Assembly (NCBI GenBank): GCA_964016885.1
Contig: OZ024744.1
Coordinates: forward strand, 36,518,001-36,582,000
Reading direction: 5' to 3'
DNA length: 64,000 nt
Source of the DNA: Eledone cirrhosa
Lineage: Eukaryota
Made by a program: the position numbers and the translations under genes. The notes below the pieces were generated by a model. It did not search any database, was not told where the DNA came from, and saw only the letters and a program-made list of their open reading frames with translations. This document shows positions 53,111 through 64,000 of this stretch, piece by piece; the first letter of the stretch is position 1; each line of letters starts with the position of its first letter.

Positions 53111-53386
53111 TAAGTATGTATGTATACGTACATACATATATGTATACAGACGTTCAGTAGTATGTATATATATACATACATGCACACATATATATATATA
53201 TGCACGTATCGGTTTACCGAACATTTATTATAATGCTCGGTTTGTCTGTAAACAAACAAACAGATCATTATAATAAATGTTCGGTAAACCGATACGTGCA
53301 TATATGTGCATGTATGTATATATATATACATACTACTGTACTTCTGTATACATATATGTATGTACGTATACATACATACATACTTA
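53111..53386. repeat. ~125-bp-arm foldback with a 40-bp perfect inner stem
   Basis: atatatgcacgtatcggtttaccgaacatttattataatg / cattataataaatgttcggtaaaccgatacgtgcatatat, plus mirrored microsatellite flanks. Confidence 0.85.
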
Positions 53387-53436
53387 CATTTAAGTGACTG
53401 CCGTACTAAGAGTCAGAAATTAAATTTCGTTTCTTC

Positions 53437-53519
<83 letters not shown>

Positions 53520-53540
53520 AATATATATATATATATATAT

Positions 53541-54980
53541 TGGCTATATTCCTGAAAACTTTCTGTCCCAGTCCGTTGTCCCAGTTTTCAAAAAGGGAAA
53601 TAACTCCCTTGCAGTGAACTACCGTCCGATATCAGTAACCTCTCATATTATCAAGGTATTTGAGAGGGTGGTGAGATCACAAATAACCCACTTTCTTGAA
53701 AGCAACGGCCTGCTGAACTCCAACTAACATGGATTCCGTGATGGAAGGGACTGCCTAACGCAGCTCCTGCATCACTTTGCCGAGAGATTCTACTGAAAAA
53801 ACTATCCAATGTTGGTGTCTCTGGAAGGTTACTACAGTGGATCAAATGTTTCCTGACAGGCAGAACTCAGCATGTTGTAGTCGAAGTAGTAAAATCAAGC
53901 CCTGCCAAAGTCAGCAGTGGCGTCCCACGAGGCACTTTGTTGGGCCCACTTCTTTTCATCATCTACATTAATGACATTACTGACATCATCAAACACAGCA
54001 ACATCAGAATCTTCGCAGATGATTCCAAGCTCCAAAGGGTCATCAATGAGGTGGGTGACCGGACTTGCCTTCAGTCAAACCTACTGGCTGTTATCCAATG
54101 GGCAGAAAAAAATAATATGCTGTTGAATGATGAAGATAAATATTAAATAATCCACTTTGGAAAAAAAGGATGCCCTGAAACTAACATACTCTCTTCCTTC
54201 GGGTGAAACTCTAGTGGCTTCCAATAACATCAGAGACCTGGGAGTAATTGTGACAACAACATAAGCTGGGCCACTCATATAAACAACAAAGTTGATATGG
54301 CCCGCAGAATGTGTTCCTGAATTCTCAGAACTTTCCAGTCGAGAGATATCCACACTGTTATCCTTCTTTTCTCCACTTTTGCCCGACGCCACCTTGAATA
54401 CTGTTGTTCACCGTGGTCACTCCACACGAAACAAAGTATCATGAAAGTTGAAGCACCCCAAAGGTCAATTACAAAAACGATAGTTGGCAAGACAGGCCTT
54501 GACTATTGGGGTCAATTAGTAAAGCTCAAACTGTATTCTCTCCAACGTCGCCGTGAGAGCTACATTGTCTGTATGATGTGGAAAATCTTTCATCAGCTTA
54601 GCCCAAATGATTTTGGCATCACCTTTAATATACACCCAAGGCTTGGGCCCGTGCTATCCGCCCACGACAAAAATCTCACTCGCATCACATAACAATACGG
54701 CACAATTATTTAACCTCAATTGGCCCTGCACTCTTTAACATTACACCAAAGCACATCAAAGCAGAGACAGACCTTCATCAAGTTGAAGAAGACTTTGGAT
54801 AAATTCCTTCAAGAAATCCGGGATAAGCCTTTTACACCCGGATATGGCTCCGTAAACAATAACTCTGCTCGAGTGGGCCATGGTGTCCAAACACTGATTT
54901 GTAAGACTTCGCCAGGTGGTGCTATTAAGTTAGACATGGCCTGGGTCAATACTGGCCGAAACCTATCAAAGTTATCAAAG

Positions 54981-54984
<4 letters not shown>
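53541..54984 (+). mobile_element. 5'-truncated copy of the CR1-group LINE at 23434-27645, with a ~95-bp internal deletion
   Basis: Near-identical to the reverse complement of 23434-24958. Lacks the YLDFSKAFD segment. Same (atcaaagtt)n tail. Confidence 0.93.
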
Positions 54985-55017
<33 letters not shown>

Positions 55018-55021
<4 letters not shown>

Positions 55022-55165
55022 TTAGCAATATATGGGCTTGCAATCGAAAGGTTGTAGGTTCAAAGCCAGTTGGCAGGCGTTATCTTATGGCTAAAACGGC
55101 ACGACGTGCTGTGACCAGCGGGGCCGATGAGCGCCGGCAGACTGGTCGGTCAAGGGCAAGGTGAT
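55018..55165 (+). mobile_element. Probable tRNA-derived SINE fragment
   Basis: tggcttag.. and ggttgtaggttcaaagcc (B-box-like), flanked by microsatellites. Confidence 0.4.
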
Positions 55166-55182
55166 ATATATATATGTATGTA

Positions 55183-55260
<78 letters not shown>

Positions 55261-55808
55261 TGTTTATATAAAAATGAATGAGAGCGTGCCTACACTAGTA
55301 TTTCTAAGTTTCAATTCTCAAATATTATCTAACCTTTAGATACTATCCAGATTCGGTGTTTATGAATACTGGATCAGTATGGTTTAATTCCACGAGATTT
55401 ATTTTCTTTGAGTAGGTGTATAGAACAAGTTTCTCAGTTTCCTTCTCAATCATATCTAGCAATAATACTTACACATTTTCGGTGGCAAGACAGCTTAAGT
55501 ATAGGTATGATTGTGTGATATTCCATCCAGTAATAATAATAATAAAGGTATATATACACATATATAAATATATATATATATGTATATATACATATGAACA
55601 CACGCACGCATATATATATATGTGTGTGTATATATATATACACACGTAACTATTTTACTCGAGACCTTACTCTTTGAACGAGTGCGTAATCGTGAAGTTT
55701 ATACTAACAGCTTAAGGCTTCGTTCAAATATAATTATACTTTAAACAGTCGAGTAATTCATGTTATTCATGTTATTTTAAAAACAATATGTATGTATATA
55801 CACACACG

Positions 55809-55906
<98 letters not shown>

Positions 55907-55955
55907 CGTATATATTTATACATATATATATATATGCATATCTATAAATACATAC

Positions 55956-56114
<159 letters not shown>

Positions 56115-56194
56115 CATACATATATATATGTATGTAAGTATATATATATATATATATATATATATACTTACAATCATATATATATATATGTATG

Positions 56195-56229
<35 letters not shown>

Positions 56230-56303
56230 ATATGTATATATATATGTATGTATTTATAGATATGCATATATATATATATGTATAAATATATACGTATATA
56301 TAC

Positions 56304-56338
<35 letters not shown>

Positions 56339-56402
56339 CATATATATGTATGTATATGTATATATATATGTATATATACATACACACACATATATATATA
56401 TA

Positions 56403-56474
<72 letters not shown>

Positions 56475-56847
56475 CGTTTATATGTGTGTATTTTGAATAC
56501 GTGCTTAGAGTGTTTCTGTGTGTGCGTGCTATATATTCCCTGACAATCTCATTATCCGACTTGTCTTTTACGTGTATAAACACGATCGATTTAATGCTTT
56601 TGTCTTTGAATATTTCCTTTAGTACCCTTTCCTTCACTTCAATCTCTTTTATTCTTTTTCATTCCTCTTTTTGTAAAGTGAACGGTAATTTGAAAATTAC
56701 ATTTTCTGAAGAATTTAGTGTTATTTCGTTAACTTAAATTTACTTTGCTACTAAAAATGTTTAAGTTCTGCGTAACTATATCAGCTTTAGCTACCACTGA
56801 TTCACTGATTATAACTAAATGACCCCCCCCCCACACACACACAGATA

Positions 56848-56906
<59 letters not shown>

Positions 56907-57121
56907 GAAAGGTATAGAAAACACTGCAGCGAAAAGCGAACAGCATTCCATAGTATATAAGTGACTATAGCGTCAAAATGGGAAAAATAGTTAACGTAAG
57001 ATGTGGGATGTATATAAACATATATATATATACATATATATATGTATATATATATATATATATATATGTATATAAAAAATTTTTTTTTTTTTCTTCCTAA
57101 TAATCGTCTCTTTCTCCCTGT

Positions 57122-57201
<80 letters not shown>

Positions 57202-57322
57202 ATATATACATACATATATCTAATATAGAAATGGCTTTTACAGGACTAGAACTGTTTCATTTCTAGTCCTGTAGATGCCATTTCTATATTCAATATTTAT
57301 ACTATATAAAAATACTCATACT

Positions 57323-57359
<37 letters not shown>

Positions 57360-57360
<1 letters not shown>

Positions 57361-60300
57361 AGACCACACAATAACTGGGGAAATACCATTAGATATAATA
57401 ATACCATTGAAAATACATTCCAGAAAAATTATTTTTTAGACCAAGGCTACAGGACTCACGACACCCGGTGGCACAATCCGACTTTGAAAAACCGAAAATA
57501 ATCAACCTTTCAAATAAAAACTTCTCAGTTCAACAAATTAAAATTCTCTCCAAAGGACTGAAATTCACACCAACACCACAATACTCTAACCTCAATGAGA
57601 AAAATGACGATATCTCACACTTCTGTAGAAAATGACGTCTTACAGAGGAATTCTTTGACAAGGAGAATAACCACCAAACAATTGTACGGAATAAAAGCAG
57701 CTACAACCCAACAAAAGGTAGAAACAGAGTCGTGGACAAATTTTGTGACCATATAGCTACCTTCCCATACCATGAACTACCGTAACCTAACCCCAAACCC
57801 AACACGAGTCGAAGGGAATGGGAGATTATCCATGAACTAAAAAACAATACGGACATTATAATTAAGGAAGCGGACAAGGGAAGTACTGTTGTCATTATGG
57901 AGGCTGAAAAATATAAAAATTCTATGTTCTCTCTCTTACAAAATACTAATTACTATGAAAGAGTAAAAAACTACCAGCAATCAAAAACAATGACCAGATT
58001 AAACACACTGATTTATCGATACCAGGAAGACCTAACTAAAAAGGAACGCGATTATTTAACACATTTTAAATACAAAACCAGCAACCTTTACGGACTTCCG
58101 AAGATCCACAAGTGTAAAATAATTAACGATGCCTGTAAACAATCCACCTGAGCCTGCGTGAACACACAATACCCCACATATCTTAAATTAAGACCAATTG
58201 AAGCGGGCCCACAATGTGAAACACACAGACTAAGCAACTTTATAGACATACTACTAAAACCAATTCTCAAACACATACCAAGCCTTGTAAGATACGATCT
58301 GGACCCCTTAAACCACCTCCCCAAACATGTCAACAACTACACTATTATTGTGTCTTTCGATGTAGTGAATATCTACACAACGATCCCACACCAATACGGA
58401 CTAGAAGCAATAGGATTCTGGCTAGAGAAATATCCCAATGAGATACCTGACACAATAGAAAAAAGCTTCATCACCGAGGGAATAAAATTAATCTTACAGA
58501 ACAACTTTTTTGATTTCGATGGCAATACTTACAAGCAAATATCGGGGACTGCGATGGGTACAAAAGCCGCTCCAACTTATGCCAACTTAGTCATGGCATA
58601 CTTAGAGGTCCAGATATATGAACAGTCCAAATCAAAATACGGATTGAACTTCCACAAATATTTATCAGAGAATTGGAAACGCTACTTGGATGATTGTCTC
58701 ATTCTTTGGTCCCACACACTCGACCAACTGAAGGATTTCAAAAACTTAATAAACGGCATCAATAACCACATCCAATTCACAATGGAATACAGCCAAGATC
58801 AACTCCCATTTTTGGACATCTTAATCTTAAAAAAAGACACAGATATCGAAACTGACATACACTACAAACCAACAGATTCCAAACAATACCTGCTATTCAC
58901 CTCCAACCATTCAAAGCACACGAAGACGAACATTGCTTTTAACCTAACAAGAAGAATTTGCACAATTGTCTCCAATTATGAAACGCGAAATAAAAGAATT
59001 CAAGAATTAAAGGAAATTCTACTCGAAAGAGAGTACCCACTATTACTAATAAATAATGGAATAGAAAGGGCTAAAGCAATAGACATTGATGAATTACGAA
59101 AACAGAAACAAATTCAAGGTACGTCCAATATTCTATCATATATCTCAACACACAACCCACGAAATGCGGAAGCTTACAACACTATTCACAAGAAGATCCC
59201 ACTACTAAAACAAAACCCAAGAATGAAAAAAGCCCTTGAAACACACAAAATAATCAAAAGCAAAAGACAACCGAAATCACTGAAAACATTACTCACCAAT
59301 GCCAAATTACCTACCACAAACCCACAACCAAGTGTCAAAAAATGTGGTCGCTCTAATTGTGGAACCTGCACTCACCTCATTGAAGGCAACACGTATACAT
59401 TTAAATCAGGACAAAATTTTACTGCAAAAATATCACTTCACTTGCTCATCAAAAAATCTACTTTATGCCATTAAATGTAAAGGATGTAATGAAGATTATA
59501 TAGGACAAACTAAACTCACACTCAGAAACAGAATGACAGTTCATCGTCAACAATTACGAGATCCAACTACGAGACAGATACCACTAAGCGCATATCTAGA
59601 CATTTGCGCAAGTAATAAGACACCCAAATTCCAAGTCTTCCCACACATAACAAATACGAATAAATAAGGAAAATATGTTTATTCAAAAATATAGACCAGC
59701 ATTAAATATGGTTTAATATACATTATGTCAACACCATAACATGCTAATCATTCAAACAGACACATACACACATAACACCTTCTACTTTAGAAAATAAAAA
59801 CCCGAACTAAATAAAACTTAACATACGTTTGCGCTGACAATACAACAGAACAAATACAAATAAGTAAGGAAAATATTTTACTTCAAACATATAATCCTAC
59901 TAAATGAATCATTTTCCTACACACACACACACACACACACACACAATATATATATATATATATTCTCTTCATCTTAACATGCTAGCCTTACTCCCACACA
60001 CATAACACCCATACACACACATAATAACCCCCACACCCACATACACACCTCCCTCCCCATTTCTACTAATAGAATCACTTTCCTACACACATATATACAC
60101 ACACACAAAATATATATTCTCTCCATCTTAACATACTCGCACACACACACACACATAACACCCATATACACACACAACTCCCTCCCCCATTTCTACTAAT
60201 AGAATCTTCCAATACACACACATACACACACACACACACAAGCACACAAATAAACATACATATCTTTACTTTCTTTAGTCAATAGAAAATCTGAATTCTG

Positions 60301-60942
60301 ACACCCCAGCGAACTAACCATATTCACTGAACCAGAACAATTCTCCCATCCCATTTCTCTTGACCATTATCTTTTACTTATCATAACATTCTCTAAAAAG
60401 GCTACAGAATGGATTTCCAAATAAGGGCGCGAAAATTCAATGAAAACTTGTTCACGTGACAGCCATAATTTCATTTATAACCAATCAAATTACGTTTATT
60501 AAAAAAAAGCCTTCGTGAGCCCCTTTTTTCAAGTAAAAAGAAATTCAAACATTCATATATGAAAAAACAACCTGTGACACCCCCCTCCCTCCTTGTTTGA
60601 AGAACTCTGTAACGCGAACTGGCGCGAAATTTATTATAATTATTGACCAACCAATCAAATTACTTCTCGAAAAACCTGGCATTTCGAGCCACTTTTTCCA
60701 TATAAAACAAGTAACATTCAGAGACCAACCAGATGTGAGAAAAACCACAGACCCTCCATCTCAACTCTACTTTTGAAAAGCAGAACTGCGAAAGCGGTAA
60801 AGGAACCAAATAAATATATATATTTTTTTTAAAATAGGGACTCCAGTAGCATTTTCGATTTCATCTTTTTTTTCTTTATACTTTCACTCGCGTAGGACAC
60901 CTCGGTTATTTTTCATTTTGTAAAAAAAACCCCACTTTCTAA
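57360..60942 (+). mobile_element. Penelope-like element family B (Neptune-like), near full length, decayed
   Basis: IINLSNK..LSKGLKFTPTP, IIIKEADKGSTVVIM, YGLPKIHK, SFDVVNIYT, GTAMGTKAAPTYANL, RYLDDC, KKCGRSNCGTC, LLYAIKCKGCNEDYIGQT. The 3' pLTR carries an HHR at 60770-60802. Confidence 0.95.
57490..59667 (+). pseudogene. PLE-B RT + GIY-YIG ORF with in-frame stops and frameshifts
   Basis: ORFs 57897..58151, 58158..59474 and 59299..59667 plus upstream motifs form one interrupted protein. Confidence 0.9.
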
Positions 60943-60953
60943 TATATATATAT

Positions 60954-61089
60954 AACGAAGGAGGTATGGTAAGGAATCAGATGGACCATAACGCACCAGA
61001 GTACTCAATACTTAGGATAGTAGAGTGGGGAACAGTCCAGGAATAGCCGTCGTCACGGCTTGAGCTCTGCCGTCGGGGTCATACATTTT

Positions 61090-61092
<3 letters not shown>
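60954..61092. mobile_element. Tiny family-C pLTR remnant made of two opposite-strand pieces
   Basis: 60954-61030 matches 44845-44920. 61035-61085 matches 49326-49375, with the HHR GAAA mutated to GTCA. Confidence 0.75.
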
Positions 61093-61174
<82 letters not shown>

Positions 61175-61549
61175 ATATATATATGTGTGTATATATATAT
61201 GTCTAATGTTAGCTAAGATGCTTCCATAGGCGGAATGCCGGTTGAGCACTCTATGCTCCTACGGTGCAGTGTATTATAGTATTATAGAATGGAAAACGAA
61301 AAGTCAGTGATGCATCGGAACTCTATTTATTGTGCGTTACAATTGGTTCCCTGGCGAACAGCTCGAGGTGCGATCTGTGTGTGGATCGACCTGACTCTAG
61401 ACTCGCAGCTTCCTCGGACGCGTCTATTGATTTCCGAGCATATCCTCTTTCTGTGGTTTTCTGGCCCTACAAGCCTTTATCGTCCACCTTCATCCGCTTT
61501 GCGCGTCCTTGGGTTGGTCACTGGTTAGTGACGTCATCATTATTCTGAC

Positions 61550-62288
61550 CACTTGTAGCAGCCCGCTGACCACCAGGGCGTGAGCTATCACTCTCCCACT
61601 GCCCCGTCACAAAATCTGGGTATGCCCAAGCCGTATATAGTAAATGGATACAGGATATATATAAAAAAAGGTATGCAGGATATAAAAAAAAAGTATGCAG
61701 AATATATAAAAAATACATACATCTGAATTATATAAGAAAAGTATACAAAGATATACATTGGTTTGTACATGGAAAAATACATGGAGTGTTACATAATGGA
61801 GTGCGTGGAAAATATGCCCGTACCACTGAAAAGATACACATGCAGGGAGTGCGTGAACAGACCATAATGGAGCATCTCACTGTGGGTGAGATAGAGTGCC
61901 TTATTGATGTATGGTACGGGACTGAATATCCGTGGAGGTTGAGCCACCGTGTCCCGGCTCATGCAATGTCGTTGCCGAGTCCGATAGGCAGCATAGGTTG
62001 CGTCGACTTGCCTCACAGGGCATACATAGTCAACAAGGTATTGTGTCTGATCCCTTGGACCCGCGCCGCCGCTCGGACAGGCGTCCGCTTCCCCGCATGC
62101 GTTTAACTTGGGCTGTCCGGTTGGGTCCATGCGGAGAAAGTGCACCTTCTCTGGTATCTGCACGTCATGATAATCTCCGATTTCAGGTTTACGTGTGTGT
62201 GGGCGTGTGGGTGAGTGTGTGCCCCTCTGTGGGCCTGTAAACGTATATTTGTGTGACTATTTCTGTATGTGAACGTAAGCACACAAGC

Positions 62289-62383
<95 letters not shown>

Positions 62384-62537
62384 CGTGTGTGTGTGTGTGC
62401 GCGCGCGTGTGTGTGTGTATTTGTATGTGTGTGTGGGAGGGGGAGGAGTGTCAGCTGACAAACACCAGTAATTTGGTCGACGGGGCAGTGGGTGAGTGAC
62501 AGCTCACGCCCTGGATGTCAGTGGGCTGCTACAAGTG
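61550..62537. mobile_element. Non-autonomous TIR element (~70-bp GC-rich imperfect TIRs beginning CACTTG)
   Basis: cacttgtagcagcccgctgaccaccagggcgtgagctatcactctcccactgccccgtc versus gacggggcagtgggtgagtgacagctcacgccctggatgtcagtgggctgctacaagtg. No clear TSD. Confidence 0.7.
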
Positions 62538-62875
62538 TATTTCTAAACAATTTAATTTAAGAATATTACAATTTTACGATTTTCTTTTGTTAATTTCGGT
62601 GGAAAGGTTTTCTTAAGATTCCTGGTTAACTTTCCTGGAGATCTTTCTCGCATTCGTCGGTATATATGAAAGAAAATAGTCAATAGTAAAAGCAAGATGA
62701 TTGATTGAAGTTGGGAGGTGTTGGGAGTGAGGGAGCCGGGTGTGATGGTTAGATTTGTTCCCTGGAAGTAAAGTTAATAGCTGTTTAAGGAGTGTTTTAG
62801 AAAGGGGTTCTAAACGTGTACCCTTGCTGGTTCTATTTCAACAGATGACCATAAAATACTAGCGAAATATAATTA

Positions 62876-63038
62876 TTTCTACTTTTGGTACAAGGACAGC
62901 AATTACCCCAGTCTATTACTAGTACTTTATCTTATGGACCCCGTAAGGATGAAAGGCAAAGTTAACCACTCAGATCATAAAGGGCCGTAACTCTATGCTG
63001 CAAAGCATGGCGTCCGACCCTCTATCGATACTGCCAAT
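62876..63038 (-). mobile_element. Nin-domain-type SINE
   Basis: ttctacttttggtacaaggacagcaattacccc..gaccccgtaaggatgaaaggcaaagtt..ctgcaaagcatggcgtc. Confidence 0.72.
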
Positions 63039-63396
63039 GGTCAAATGGTTTTCAAATTGTTTTCTTATAACTGAATAAACTATCTTAAAATTATAAAGAA
63101 AACCTGCAACGATTGTCTATATTAGGTATGTAAGTAAAAGATGAATTTGGGTATGTGTCGGGTGTAAGATACATGTCCTTTGATAAAAAGATGACAGCAA
63201 AGAGAAAAATAAGCTGATTAAGGATCTTTTGTTGAGAGAGATGTATGTTGTTGTTGGCTCGCATATTTACCTCCCTACATATAAACATACATACAGCCCA
63301 TACACATATTCTAGTTCATGCATACCCATATATTTACACATACAATGCACTCACACATGTATACTTATATACACACACTCATACATACATATATAT

Positions 63397-63590
63397 ATGA
63401 TGGCTGCCCTCTCATTATCGAGTATGGCCATTGCACGATAAAAAACGGAGAAAGAACACATATATTTTAATAATTAACTGTGCTGCGATTGAATGTGACT
63501 TTTTAGCCCGGTAAATGATCTAAAATGTCTTGCACAGAGTTGACAACCAAAACATTCACTGACAATAGCCGGCTGTTGTTGGACTTCATG
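63397..63590 (-). mobile_element. RTE 3' end fragment of the same family as 10565-11221
   Basis: 63475-63590 is approximately the reverse complement of 11105-11224. The tail atggctgcc..ctc..gagtatggcca resembles the 1894/6311 tails. Confidence 0.75.
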
Positions 63591-64000
63591 TATATATATA
63601 TATACATATATATATAACAATCAAATTTTTGCAGGTCTGGAATAATCATCGGAGCATATACAATGTTAAAACAAATAAATTCCTAATCATTAGAACATTC
63701 GTCAAGATAGATTATATTTGAGAAGACTAATTATAATTATTAGTATTAGTTACAATATATTGAAGAGTAAGAGCAAAAGAACATTATAATGGAAAGATAG
63801 TAATAAAGTGTTATAAAGTATTATAAAGAGAAGCTGTTTTGTAGCTATATGATATATCCAAGGAATATTACTTATAAAACAGTATATCAAGAATATCATA
63901 CCAAGATTATAAATAATATCAGAGAGCATGCAGTAAGGTAAGACAATTGTGTAGTGATAACGTACATATAGGTGTTATATATAAGATTCCCATTATTGGA

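Noticed and set aside
56480-56820. Lys-rich minus-strand ORF segment ([17 protein letters not shown]...)
   Set aside because: It is short, interrupted and flanked by microsatellites, with no recognisable motif.

Overview
This is AT-rich, non-genic eukaryotic DNA. It is almost certainly from an invertebrate, and the SINE families and (TA)n/(CA)n load point to an octopod cephalopod (inference). I can support no host protein-coding gene; most ORFs in the track are translated microsatellites. The window is a pile-up of decayed retroelements, mostly sitting in (TA)n tracts. (i) There are about 9 Penelope-like element (PLE) copies or fragments, of Neptune-like (RYLDD RT, Cys linker, GIY-YIG) and Nematis-like (GLYRDDGL RT) types, nearly all with an inverted partial pseudo-LTR (pLTR) at the 5' end. 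(ii) There are two near-full CR1-group LINEs and a truncated copy of one, RTE fragments, an I-group LINE relic, tRNA-derived SINEs and several TIR/foldback elements. The hidden layer is RNA structure. Reading both strands by eye gives about 10 distinct type-I hammerhead-ribozyme (HHR) motif families in roughly 20 copies, several with the U3-A8 core variant. Two occur in non-coding ~320-bp tandem units that look like non-LTR retrozymes. One (16.8-17.5 kb and 22.9-23.4 kb) shows compensatory changes between copies in stems II and III and in the stem I extension. The other (11.4-11.9 kb) has its element boundary exactly at the predicted self-cleavage site. All folds were done by eye and none is experimentally tested.
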